Position numbers and translations under genes: made by a program. The notes beneath the pieces are model-generated. The model was not told the origin of the DNA. It did not search any database and worked only from the letters and a program-made list of their open reading frames with translations. A DNA stretch of 64,000 nt from Octopus bimaculoides (lineage: Eukaryota), in the NCBI RefSeq assembly GCF_001194135.2, contig NC_069003.1, forward strand, positions 2,575,224 through 2,639,223. The letters run 5' to 3'. Within the stretch, counting starts at the first letter, position 1. The number at the start of each line of letters is the position of its first letter. Shown here piece by piece: positions 24,660 to 36,788 of the stretch.

Positions 24660-27200
24660 GATATTTATAAAAAAAATTTTGTTTCGTGGTTAGATGATTC
24701 AGCATCTATTTCTAGCATATAGGAGTCCACTTTTGCTGGTCATTCCTCTTATTTTTGTGTATATATATATATATATACATACATACACACACATGATGCG
24801 GTGGTGCTCCAGTATGACCGTAGCCATTGTTCTGGAATACATGAAAGAAATTATGTGTAGTGGATGCTTTTTATTATCATTGTTAAAGTTTTTTTTCTTT
24901 CTTGCATGTGCAGGATATTCTTGTAATTAATCCGCTGCTTAATGTTATCAGCTGGTTATTTATTATCTGACTGAAATGCTTCGTCATATGCATTAAGCTG
25001 TATATATTAGCATTCGTAAGCCGACATTGTTTGCAAACGAAAAGATCGTTATTATCCCGTAACTTTAAATGGCTCAATAAATATCGATTGATTTTAAAAA
25101 GGAAATGAAAGTACCAGATTGGGATCGATATAATCGATTAAGAAGCCCTTTGAAGCCGGTACTCCAACATGGCCGTTATTCCATTGTGATCGCCCCCCCC
25201 CCAAGCTTATTTGTAATAGTTTAGTGTATCATTTTACACACATATGCACTTGAGATGTGTATCTTCTCAATTATTAAGCATTAGTTCATGTGAGCTCTTT
25301 TCCGTTTATTAAAAAGTGCCTTCTTCCAATTGTAGTTGTCTGTATTTTGTAGCTTGTAACATTAAACAACCGCGTAATTAGCCCAAGTTATTGTTAGACT
25401 AATTAACGCTTGATGTCTAATCATCTTCTGTGTATATGATTTCATATATATATATATATATAATATAGTAATTATATAAGTGATAATTTAGTTAGGAATG
25501 GGCGCTGACTGCATACATGTATGTAATGAATAAAATGGCCGCTTTCATGATTTCCAGTTGTGTTAAAATGGAAATAAAACGCTGATTAAAGGCAGTGACT
25601 ATGAAAACAAAATATTAATGGGCATTTTCAGGATCTCTCGTGTCGGGGGTTGATGGGATTAAAAAAAGGGGGCGGACAAATTGGCGTGTTTTAATAGAAA
25701 TTTCTATTTTAACTTTGGGAACTTGGTAAACACTATGGCGGAGTAGGAATTAAACATTAAATTGATGCATGATAGTTTTTGTTTTTGGTTTGTTTTGTTC
25801 GTTAGTTGGGTTTTTCTTTTGGTTTTTTTTTACCCTCTTCATTAATAGGGGGTGGGGGAAATGTATTATTTGCTGCGGTGCTGATATTTGTCATTTTTAA
25901 AAACCGCTGACATTATTTTCTGGCAGAACAAAACAAGGGAGATAATCATTGAAGCGTTCAATATTTCCCCAGTCGTGGTTCGAACTCTGCTGTTGTTGCT
26001 TCTGGTGCCAAAGGCGTCAGGAAATACCGTTTTTATGGGCAACATCCATTCCAATTGTTCTACACCCGATTGTTTACAACTTTATCTATTTCGAGCATCC
26101 ACTGATGCAAATTATAAAGTTGTTTTGTTCATAGTACTCTTATATTAATCCTCTTAATGTTATCAGCTGATAATCTGAAATGCTTCGTCATATATTGTCA
26201 CTTAACGTCCACTTTTCCATACCTGCATGAGTCAGATGGAATTTTGTTGAGGGATATTAGCACAAACTTTAGAACTCTTTCAGATGTTGCGCTGGGCAAA
26301 TATTTTCGAAGGGCATATTTTAGTGATCAACCAGCCGACCCCATTCCTCGCTCAACCAAAGTCTATCTTGGACTATCTTGTTGAAGTGTCCTTTTCCCCA
26401 AAACAGCATAGTTGGTGTAATTTGAGCGCTGGTTTGGCTTCTCTTTTTAGCAGATCGGACGACCACGTTAATGTTTCCTTGTTAGATTCCATACCAGAAC
26501 AATGGCGCTATTTTTCCACTTGTTTTTCTTTGTATGCAGTGGCATTCCTTCTGCAAATCATTTTATGCAGAATTTTAGCGTATTTGAAAAATAAACATTC
26601 GAAGTCTGAAGTGGCTTCAATGATTACATAATTCGGTGATCTTTCGGTACAATACTACCGTAAGATCGCCCATAATTCTTTTCCCTATCCAGGTTAAAAG
26701 TTCTTTTTTTTTTTTGCTTTTCTTAAAATGTTAAAAGCTCTTATCAAGGTTATTTTCTTTAACGCATTTATCGATTTTGTTCTAATAAACAAAAAATGTA
26801 ATTAGTCAAAAGTTTGGGCGTCTTCAGATTTGATACTCCGGTAGCTTGGTCGCCATTTTTGTGACTGGAAATTAGGAGCAAATAATATGTAAAGAAACGT
26901 TGTTATGAACGTTGGTGTTCTATTTAATTTAGATTTATATATGTCGAATGTTTTCTATACTAATATTCTGTTTGTTTTCAAACAAAAACGATAGAAAAGT
27001 GCACATTTCTCTGTTTTTGAAGTTGTTTTGCAGTTACATCCCTTGCTCACAAATGGCGTCTTTCTCTCTCACTCTGTTCTCCATACTTAGTTTAAAATAC
27101 TTTTCTCTGCTGCTGCTTTCAAGTTGTACTGTTTTTGTTGTTTTTTTTTGCTCTGAAATATTATTTCTCTCCCTCTTCCTCCCTTCAATGCTACAATTGT
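23220..27200 (+). promoter_or_regulatory. CpG-enriched, TE-poor region; probable OAZ promoter/first exon/proximal intron 1
   Basis: CpG appears more frequent by eye than in the OAZ gene body. ATTGG (CCAAT box) at 23480-23484, YY1-like CGCCATTTT at 26851-26859, strong donor-like sites at 23359 and 23882. Boundaries approximate. Confidence 0.35.
23351..23358 (+). CDS. OAZ: Candidate coding end of OAZ exon 1 (ATG AGT AT|)
   Basis: gccATGAGTAT followed by consensus donor GTGAGT (23359-23364). Phase 2 joins in frame to 31223, giving MSMWETERYCISLGTGPRWCS. No homology or transcript support; could be chance. Confidence 0.25.
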
Positions 27201-27682
27201 TAAAAGGCCTCGTCTTGTCATTTAACCCAATTAGTGGAGTTTGAATTTTTAGCTAATAGTTTTGGGGAAGGATGCAGAATAGACAGGGAATCTAATTTAG
27301 CCATTTTATTCTAGAAACGATTCACTTCCAAATGAATATGCTGAGCTTATTAATAGATGCATTTACTAATATTAAGATTAAATCATTCGTAGGGCATTCT
27401 TTCGTCTTTAGCAGTAATTAATTGAAGAAAATATATCGTTTAGTTTACATTCGGTTAATGATCACACATTGAAGATGTTGGTATTATTATTTGGCAATGT
27501 CAAAGCGGAACACGCCTCTTGCGTTTTATTTTCTTTCGATTCTTGTTTTCAACAACAAATTACTATTTGGCATCACACAAACATACAGGACAGGTTTTGC
27601 AATTTTCAATTCCTAATGCATTGATTCTCTTTTCTTTACAAAATACGGAGATCGCAATTTTGAAAAAAAAAAAAAAAAAAAA

Positions 27683-28018
27683 NNNNNNNNNNNNNNNNNN
27701 NNNNNNNNNNNNNNNNNNNNNNNNNNNNNNNNNNNNNNNNNNNNNNNNNNNNNNNNNNNNNNNNNNNNNNNNNNNNNNNNNNNNNNNNNNNNNNNNNNNN
27801 NNNNNNNNNNNNNNNNNNNNNNNNNNNNNNNNNNNNNNNNNNNNNNNNNNNNNNNNNNNNNNNNNNNNNNNNNNNNNNNNNNNNNNNNNNNNNNNNNNNN
27901 NNNNNNNNNNNNNNNNNNNNNNNNNNNNNNNNNNNNNNNNNNNNNNNNNNNNNNNNNNNNNNNNNNNNNNNNNNNNNNNNNNNNNNNNNNNNNNNNNNNN
28001 NNNNNNNNNNNNNNNNNN
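27683..28018. other. Assembly gap inside the probable first OAZ intron
   Basis: N run. Other gaps start at 12092, 12980, 45851, 46903, 50944, 55278, 58778, 60122, 61103 and 63129, almost all flanked by simple repeats. Confidence 0.99.
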
Positions 28019-30202
28019 TTTTTTTTTTTTTTGTAATTTTTACTTTCTTGGTTCTGTTGTAATAATGAAAACGGCCTGTATTCGACTGTATTGTTCAGAT
28101 TTTTAAAGGACAAAACTAAATATTAAAGTAAACAATTCATAGACTTGATCATTTGACTTCAAGATTTTGAAAAAAAAAAAGAATGCGTTTACAGTAGACC
28201 CTTTCTACATTTTGTTCGGGTAGTCTGCTAAAGTGACATGGCAAGAGTCTCAGGGTGGTGCCTCCATTTGCTAGAAATAAGTGCCAAATCTCCATCAGTT
28301 CACATCGTAGGTCTAAAAACTATATATGTACTACCTTCGGTAAATGTAATCTTTGAGATATGAAACGGCGAGATGGTCACGAATGGAGTTCTTTTTAATA
28401 TAACTTTGCTTCATTCAGATTGGCTAAAGCTAAACATTCCCTCACACAGGTTGCTTTGATCACGGAGCCAATTGTGGTTGCTTGTCCGGCTATAGTTATC
28501 ATTAAGCTGGTGTTAAACGAACATAAATTGTGACTAAACTTATGAGAACAAGACATTTGTGCTACAGAGCCAGAGGTCGTTTTAGCCGGGTTGGTATCGA
28601 AAGGGTTAAGTCACTCAATAACTTATTGGTGATATTAATGCTGACGGGACTTTGGATCCACTCCATCTGGGCCCAGAGTGAAGACCTTCATAGGAGCGGT
28701 AGGGTCTCAATGCGATATATAAAGTTGAAAAACTTGTCTTAACCGAGTCTTGTTCTAACTCCTGTTAAAATTTTGGTGGTAGGATTTATTTCCCTTGTTT
28801 TCATCTCCCACTGGGGAACTTTTATACTTTAATTGCAGGGATAATCTTAGTTAATTAGAGTCCTTCAGTTCACTTTATGTGACTCTTATACACTTTTTCT
28901 TCCCCCACCTGACTGCAGTAATAATTGAAATATTTTAATTTCAAATTAATATAAGATAACTGTTTTTAGTAGAATAATTTAATTTTTTAAACTTTATTTT
29001 TGTATTTAGTTTGCTAGATTCATTATGTGTTGAAGCATATTTTATTGTCTGGGGAGAGTCGTTCTCTTTTAGTGCCTTATTGCTTAACACACACACACGG
29101 GTTCGATTTCTACGTCTTGCAACCTCTTCAATAGTCGTTCGTTTTTTAACATTTTAATTAAAAATCCATTTATGGTTGGTCGATCGACAGTGCCCTCTTC
29201 CTTCTCTCCTTTTTTCTTTTTTTATTCTTCGGGTGTCATAAAATGGTAAACGAGAATAGTCATTCATGATCGTCAAAAAAGTCACGTTTTTTTTAAAATT
29301 AAAATGAAAACGAATAAATGCCGAAAAACCACAACACTCTTACAATAAGCATCAAATTTATTCAATAATTAATACAATTACACTGTGCGGGGGCGGTGGT
29401 TGCATTTTATCTTTATTACTGCTAATAAGATTATTGACAAAATCGCTTCTGGAGTTTTTCAAGTGACTCTTTTCGTGCGACTTGTCTCCCCGTGACTTTT
29501 CTTCGCTCTACACTCGTGACTCCCCCCCCTCCTGTCTCCCCTATTCCCGCAATTTTCTTCCTCTTCCCCCCCCCCAACTCTGAATTTTCTTCCTCTCCTC
29601 TTTCTACCTTAGATTAAAAAAATTTACCATTCATCTCTGATACAGATGGATGAGGTACCTAGAGAAAATTTTTTAAAAATTAATTAATACCCTTATACTA
29701 AGTTCGAACGAAACTTCTTAAGGTTCTCTATAAACGCATCCACACCTTCAGTTTTATTCCTTCCATAATTAAAAAGAAAAACCCGTTATCTATAGATATG
29801 GGATGGTCAGTAGTTGGAACACTACAGAGGCTCTGACCCGAGGCTTTGGCTTTCAGATTATTTTGTCAAATGTAATGCTTTATTTATTCACACCGTTTTG
29901 AATTAATCCTGCGTTTTCTCATAGCTTTGAGATTCGATGATGTAATTATCTTTAGAATGATAGGCTAGGTGTGAGAGACCAGTTCTGGCCACTTTAAACA
30001 TAAAACAGAATATTTGGACCACGCATGGCCAGTTTAAACGCTAAAGGGTTTGGCCAGTTCTCAATCAGGGTCAATACGGCCCTTGGAAGTTCATATAAGA
30101 ATTTAAGATTTCGGCACAAATCCTAATATTTAATTAGAAAAATTTAATGATTTAAAAAAAAAAAAAAATCAAATGGCTCAGAGGGCTTATCTGAGTAAAA
30201 TA

Positions 30203-30333
30203 CAGGGTGTCCACACAAAGTCTGGGTACATTGGGGGATTAACACATACTTTAAGAAATTATTATTTCTTATATTTAATTGTTTATGTAATGATTTTATT
30301 TACTCCACGTACCCAGACTTTGTGGACACCCGG
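30203..30333. mobile_element. Tc1/mariner-like MITE in OAZ intron
   Basis: TA then CAGGGTGTCCACACAAAGTCTGGGTAC ... GTACCCAGACTTTGTGGACACCCGG. About 25 bp TIRs; right terminus degenerate. Confidence 0.7.
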
Positions 30334-30758
30334 TCCAGAACTGCTGGTTTAAACACTGGACACTGGAGATAGTCTAAATGGCAGCTGTTTCTATAGCTGC
30401 TGTATGTGTTATTGATACAGTTAAAACTAGAACAGCTGCTGCCACTACTACTAAAAATATATAGTTCTACAGTTGTGCCATTCCATTACCGAGCCTAATG
30501 TAGTCTTTGCATGGTTACGTGGCTTGCTAGAAATAGCAGCCAAATGACACTGTTTGAAAAACGTGATTTACACATTGGCTAAAAGTACTCTGGGACTTAA
30601 TGGGTTAAGTTATTCTTGAGCATCCTGGTGACGGAGTGCAAAATTGTTTTTAGAAGCTGTTTCTTGTCCATACTGTGTGTGTGTGTGTGTGTGTCTGGAT
30701 TTTCTTCCATCTGGTGAAGAGCCACGATCTAAACATCAGTTTCACCATGCAATTAGAC

Positions 30759-30910
30759 CAGTGGTTTCCAACCTGGGGTCCGTAAAGGTCGTACTGGAGA
30801 GGGGGAGTCCGTGAATTAAATTAAAAATTTTATGTGTATACATAAGGATAAGCATGTTAAAAGGGGTTCCTTGCGAAAACTCATTTAAATAAAGGGGCTG
30901 AGAACCACTG
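30759..30910. mobile_element. hAT-like MITE in OAZ intron
   Basis: TIRs CAGTGGTTTCCAAC / GCTGAGAACCACTG. TSD AATTAGAC (30751-30758) vs CATTAGAC (30911-30918), 7 of 8 identical. Confidence 0.75.
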
Positions 30911-31222
30911 CATTAGACTTATTCGTTGTATACAGTTGTTTGATATTTTTTTGTTGTTGAATTTGTTCATCATTCATTTATATGTAATATCCTATCCTTT
31001 ATTTTTTTTTTTGAGTCATTTAATGTCCGGAAAATTGACTTTAAATGATAATCTGAAGAGTAAATGAGGGTTAAATCAGATTCTAGGGTCTTGTCTTACC
31101 CTTTGAAAATATAATAAGGTGCCCAGTGCAGAGGCACCTTTTTTTTTTTTTTTTCTTTTTAATTAAAAAATTTTCTTTTTTTGATATATTCTAATGTTTT
31201 CTTTCTTTTGGTCTCTTTCCAG

Positions 31223-31280
31223 GTGGGAGACGGAGAGATATTGTATATCTCTCGGTACTGGGCCTCGGTGGTGTTCCTGA
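31223..31280 (+). CDS. OAZ: Ornithine decarboxylase antizyme, ORF1 part of the frameshift exon (x-WETERYCISLGTGPRWCS-stop)
   Basis: Polypyrimidine tract plus AG acceptor at 31221-31222. After a 1-nt split-codon remainder it reads TGG GAG ACG GAG AGA TAT TGT ATA TCT CTC GGT ACT GGG CCT CGG TGG TGT TCC TGA. GPRWCS-stop is the hallmark end of metazoan antizyme ORF1. Confidence 0.95.
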
Positions 31281-31281
31281 C
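31260..31281 (+). promoter_or_regulatory. +1 programmed ribosomal frameshift site (UCC-UGA-C) with conserved 5' context
   Basis: GGGCCTCGGTGGTGTTCCTGAC. ORF1 stops at TGA 31278-31280 and the conserved ORF2 continues only in the +1 frame. Near-identical to the vertebrate antizyme shift-site context GGG CCU CGG UGG UGC UCC UGA. Confidence 0.93.
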
Positions 31282-31532
31282 GCCCCCCACGCCGAGATGT
31301 CTGAACTGACAGAGGGCAACGGTGTGGGGATCAGGAAAGAGCCCCCTGTCAATGCCAAAAGCCCATATTTTGGGCACTTAGGGGCTTTGGCACAGGCACA
31401 GGTTGCCTCGAACTTGTGCTTTAAAGTTGAAGTTGTTGAAGGGCTGCAGGTTACCTGGGAAACTATGCTCGTTGATGGCAAGTTGTTTGTGGAGATACCC
31501 ACCGGTATTTTACCAGAAGGTTCTAAAGAAGG
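31279..31532 (+). CDS. OAZ: Antizyme ORF2 (+1 frame), remainder of the frameshift exon: DAPHAEMSELTEGNGVGIRKEPPVNA...WETMLVDGKLFVEIPTGILPEGSKE(G)
   Basis: The +1 frame opens at GAC 31279 and runs to donor GG|GTAAGT (GT at 31533-31534, phase 2). LFVEIPxGxLPEGSKE is a conserved antizyme motif. The ORF track lists 31297..31536 as minus, but the ATG at 31297 and this peptide are on the + strand. Confidence 0.95.
31285..31351 (+). other. Predicted 3' frameshift-stimulatory H-type RNA pseudoknot
   Basis: Stem 1: CCCCACGCCG (31285-31294) with CGGTGTGGGG (31320-31329), 10 bp including one G-U. Stem 2: TGACAGAGGGC (31307-31317) with GCCCCCTGTCA (31341-31351), 10 of 11 paired. Starts 4 nt after the stop codon. 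Paired by eye, not folded computationally. Confidence 0.8.
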
Positions 31533-32738
31533 GTAAGTTTTAATGTTTCTTTTCTGTTCCTTAGCTGCAGATGTGTTTAGTGTGGTTTTGAGTTCAATCT
31601 CCCTTTGTCTCCTTGGGCAAGGGCAAACATTTTTTACTATAGTACAGGGCCCACCCTATCCTTTGCGAGTGAAAATTGTAACTGAAAACTGGCCCAGATA
31701 TTCTTTGTTCAGATCCAGCCTCTCACACCTACTCCACAATTATTTTCGAGATAACTAGCAGTTTATGGTACCATAGATGCATGGGAGGTGTATTATTGAT
31801 ATTAGAGGGGTGTTGCTGAATTATTACCTGGATGGTCTGGTAAAATAGTTACTCCACCAAGGCAATGGAACCAGGTATACCAGGAAATCAGTAGTGCACC
31901 TGTACTGTGTTTGGTGAGAGCCACACCCACCACTCGGTAATTTTTTTTCCAACTTAACATGGATGTCTTGTTAAAACACCAAACACTGCGTATTATACTA
32001 TGTCCCTGGGTTGACCAAAGCTCTGTGTGTGTGTGTGCCCTTGTATTGACATCTCGTGTTTAACAATCATCACCGTATTGAAGTGGTGTCGTTCGTTTTT
32101 TTTTTTAGTCTTACATGAAAAGCATGTCTGGCCATGGGGAGATATTAACCTTGTTTGAAAATGGATAAGGGTTGGTGATAGGAAGAGCATCAGGCTGTAG
32201 AAAATCAGCTTCATTGAGTTCTGTCTGACCCATGCAAGAATGCAAAGATTACCTTTAAATGATGGTGATATATGGCAGACACTCTATATAGAATCACTGT
32301 TGTGTGTTGCAAAGAGACTATAGACCGGGGAAATCATAAAAAACGAGAGCAGGTGATGCAAGACACATGGAGAGACATTAAGGAATGGTTTTATGAAACA
32401 AAAGGGAACTGAATAGGACTTCCTGGAAAACTTCTCTCTTTTACAAAAAATAAAGAACTGCCAGTGAAGGTGAATTTAGTTGTTGTTTAGGGAATATGTC
32501 TTGTCTTCAGCTCCATCTGTTGACAGAAACTGGATCAGTTGCTTTCAAGTGTTTTTTTTTACTTAGGAGGCTCTCTAAATAAAATTACACAAAAACGATT
32601 GTCCTGCCCATGGTTCATGAGGTCGTGGGTGTTTGTTTTTGAGCAAAACACTTTCTTTCACATTGACCCTGTCTACCCAACTGTAGATGAGTAGCCTTGC
32701 AATGGATGGGGACTTGGAGAAAATCACCAGGTCAGAGT

Positions 32739-32815
32739 GTCTTGCGAGGGAGAAAACTGCCAAGTCCAGAGGGTCTTGCGAGGGAGAAAACTGCCAAGTC
32801 CAGAGGGTCTTGCGA
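32739..32815 (+). repeat. 34-bp tandem duplication (about 2.3 copies) inside an RTE-tail element
   Basis: GTCTTGCGAGGGAGAAAACTGCCAAGTCCAGAGG starts at 32739, 32773 and partially at 32807. Confidence 0.9.
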
Positions 32816-35455
32816 ATGACATTGAAAAGCATCCACCACACTCTGTAAAGTGGTTGGCATGTTAGGAAGGGCATCCAGCCATAGAAACCATACCAAAACA
32901 GACAACTGGAGTCTGGTCAGCTCCTGCCAAACTGTCCAACCTATGCCAGAATGGAAAATGGATGTCAAATGATGATGATTATTAGAACGATGAATAGTAC
33001 ATCCCATACTGTGAATTCCGACGAGTTGGGATTGGTTGTGCAAATTATGTTGAGGGATGATGAAATAATTGCTTCCTTTTTTGATATCCACCCACCTGTG
33101 ACCATCCCTGGCTCTATGATTCAAGATTCCTACTTAATGTGATCTGAATTAAAGCCTTCCACCAAAAGTCCACGAGTTCAATAGAAATAAGTTGCTTCAT
33201 GAAATTCTTCATTGTTATTTTCAAAATTGATTGAAATAACATTCTGAACTGAAATATGGTAATGAAAGGATGGACTTGTTAGCTTTCTGTCGAATTTAAC
33301 ACTTATTCCCATTATGTTGTGGCTTTGAGGTTTCGATGATGTGATAGTTTATTTTTACAGTGACATTGTAGGATAGGTGTGAGAGGACAGATCTGGCTGG
33401 TTGAACATAAAACAAGTAAAATATCTTGGCCTCCCACCCACATTGCCATACATGTTTTTCATAGAAACCAGGAAACCTTGTTTCTTTGAGAGTGATGATC
33501 ACGTGATATTGACAAGGGCACGCTTACACGTGTGTGTACACAGGCATACACACTGAGCTTCTTTCAGTTTCCATCTTGCCAAATTCACTTGCAAGGCTTT
33601 GATCAGCCTGGGGTGGAACAAGGGCAGCGCATTACAACAGGAATATGGTAAGAAGACAATGAAGAGGTTGGTGAAATGGCTAAGTTAAAGGCTGAAAAAA
33701 AAATTCCTCTCCGTATTTAGTTCCGCTTCTTTGTCATGAGGTCAACTTTACCTTTTTGACATAATCAACCATTTCCTTCTCACTTAATTTCTGATATTAG
33801 CACTTATGGAAGCAATTCAGAGGAATGGAATGAAAGAATTATTGCGGGGAATACCTTGTGGTATTTATTGCTTAACGCTTTGTTCCAAGTTCAAATCCTG
33901 CCAAGGTCCACTTTACCTTTCACCCTTTTAGGTCAATACAATAAACTGTGACGTTGCTCTAATAATCAACTGTTCCATCTTCCCCCTCCTTGTGCCTATC
34001 TTTGTAACAATAATTATTCAGGTCAGTGGAGAGAATTGTTGTAGAATCAATGACTCATTGAACGAAGAACCTTGACCTGTTTCATTTATCTTTTTATGTT
34101 GTGTGTTAAAAATTCTGCAGTGGTGGACTTCGATTCCTTTTCTGCAAAGATTATTTTTATTTTCGTTTTTTTTTTTTATCAGTCGATAAAATAAGTATTT
34201 AGGTTGCGTTAATCAGTTGACATGCTGCCCTACAATTCTCTGATAACCGATTTAGATCTCAACGTCATAGTTGTTATGAGCCCAAGGACTCAGAAGATAA
34301 GCTCAACCCAGTGTCCATAGCGTTTAATCAATTAGCGTTCGGATTACCCTATTTTACGTAATGCTTATTTACACACAGTTTTCAATTAATCCTGCATTAT
34401 TTCATAGCTTTGAGATTTCAATGATGCGATTGTATATTTTTAGAATGACATTGTAGGGTAGGTGTGAGAGGTCAGATCTGGTCAGCTTGGATATAAAACT
34501 AAAAGGGTTTAGTTGACTGAGATCACAACACTCCCCTGTATTAATACTCTGAACAGAATGCTGGTCAGTTGCTGGCTCAACTCCCCAGTTATGGTTTTGC
34601 AACCCTAATCATAAGATAATGGTTTCAATTCCTGAATTGGCTGGTATGATGTGTTCTTGGACACATTTAATTTCATGTTGCTTCACTCAACTCGATTGAA
34701 AATAAAATGTAGATCTAGACCAGTGCTGGGCAACCGGAGGCCTGCTTGATACTTTCTTGAAATGAGTGACCTCTTTATTGGGTTTAATTTCAAAATAAAA
34801 TTGTACAGTTTTGAATAGAGAACTTCTATTTACATGCTAGAAATAGCAGCCAAATCTTTCTTTAAACCACTAGCATTCAGATTACTGTCATATTTAATAC
34901 TTATTTATTCACAAATTTCTTCTTTAATTAATTGTGTATTACTTCGTAGCTTTGAGATTTTCATTGATGTGATTATTTTTGGAATGGCATTGTCGGGTAA
35001 ATGTGAGAGGCCAGATCTGATCAATTTGAACATAGAACCAGTAGAATATTCGGGTCTGGTGTTGCTGGTCTAAATGCAAAAGGGGTTAAATCTCATTTTC
35101 ATATTAAATATGGAAAAGACAGATTGAATAAACTTAGTCCTAGAAATCATTAAAAAGAAATGGGATGGTCATAGCTGGAATAACTTTGATTATAAGTCTT
35201 TTCAGTCAGGTTTGACCAGGGGTTAAACCACTACATTGTGTTGTTGTTTATCCCTTGGCTGGTCTTGACTGATGGGTGCTATGACCACAAGTAATCTCTG
35301 TCGTGTCTATCCCATACATTTTATATGACTCTGTTAATCCAGCACTTTAATGACCTTGTTTATATCAAGTTCTTAATCCTTAGGTGTTCGGATTATTCCA
35401 TCAGACATAATGCTTATTAATTCACATGGTTTTGAATTAATGATGGCGTTATCTT

Positions 35456-35664
35456 GGTGAGCTGGCAGAATCATTGGCACGGCGGGTGAAAATGCTTAGC
35501 GGCATTTCATCTGCCGCTACATTCTGAGTTCAAATTCCGCCGAGGTCAACTTAGCTTTCATCTTTTCGAGGTCGATAAATTAAGTACTAGTTGCATACTG
35601 GGGCCGATCTAATTGACTGGCTCCCTCCCCATAAAATTTCAACCTTTGTGCCTGTAACAAAAGG
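35456..35664 (+). mobile_element. SINE family A copy in OAZ intron (upstream of exon 38044)
   Basis: Near full-length match to the family consensus. Confidence 0.8.
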
Positions 35665-36577
35665 TTATCTCGTATCTGTGAGCTTTTGATGATGTGATTG
35701 TTTGATCATAAAATGGGATATTTTGACTGGATTTGACTGGTTTAAAATGTGAAAGCGTTCGGTGTTATGGTGTAGAGGAAGGCATTAGTCATGGAAGAAA
35801 AGAAAACTTTTTATCTTATTTCCTGCAAACTTAATCTGTCCAGTGAAAAATCAACAGACACTGTTTACAAATGCCATGTCACATTTTAAGCTTAACATTC
35901 TTAGTGGTGGTCGTGGGCTGACTGTTGGGTGGTAGGATGGAGGCAGTGTGATTAAGATAGGATTATCTTTAGAATTATAAGCCTGTTGCATGAGGATTGG
36001 CTTAAGGTTTGACCAACAGCTTTTCATCTGCTGTTGAATACGTTTTGTCTGTGGTTAAGAAACTTGCTTTGTAATCACATGGTTCCAGGTTCAATCCCAC
36101 TGCATGTCACCTTGAGCAAGTGTCTTCTATTATAGCCCTGGGTCAGCCAATACTTACTGAATTTGGTAGATGGAAACTGGAAGCTATACAATAATCCCCC
36201 GACTATCGTGCATGTTACAAGTACCTGACTTGGAAACAATTACTGGGTTTGATTTGCTTAACTCACACCCTTCAAGCTGGTTTCTCTTCATGATTGCCAG
36301 GTCTCTGAGGCGGCCGGTACGTTCACTATGAAAAAATTAGTGCTCGGAGCGAGCCCTGCCGGCTTGCATACCAAAAAGCATGGAATGATGGAAAATGACC
36401 AACATTAAAGAGAAATGGTTAGGGCAGGGAATTGATAAAATGCTGGGTGACTTTTACTTACGGTTGGTTAATGTCATTTTAATTCTTGCCAAACGCTTGT
36501 TATAAAATAAAAAGAAAAACAAGTTTAGTCTTGGTGTTAAGATGTAACCCTGCTTCAAACTACCCCTTAGTTTTAAT

Positions 36578-36788
36578 CAGGGCTGTGGAGTCAGAGCGAG
36601 GGGTGGCTGGAGTTGGTAAAGCTATACCGACTCCTACTCACAATATCTTTATTCTTTGATATAAACCAGTTATAACATATAGGCCTACTCAGAGTACGAG
36701 CATATGCTTTGAGACATGTAGACCAGAATCACTTGATTACATTAAGAGGAGTCAAGGGTTAGTTTTTTGTTTCAACTCCACAGACCTC
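36578..36788. mobile_element. hAT-like MITE with perfect 8-bp TSD
   Basis: Left TIR CAGGGCTGTGGAGTC, degenerate right TIR AACTCCACAGACCTC, TSD GTTTTAAT at 36570-36577 and 36789-36796. A 5'-truncated sister copy lies at 38651-38815, ending GATTCCACAGCCCTG. Confidence 0.75.

Noticed and set aside
31159-31502. Minus-strand ORFs 31159..31377 and 31191..31502
   Set aside because: Antisense shadows of the antizyme exon.
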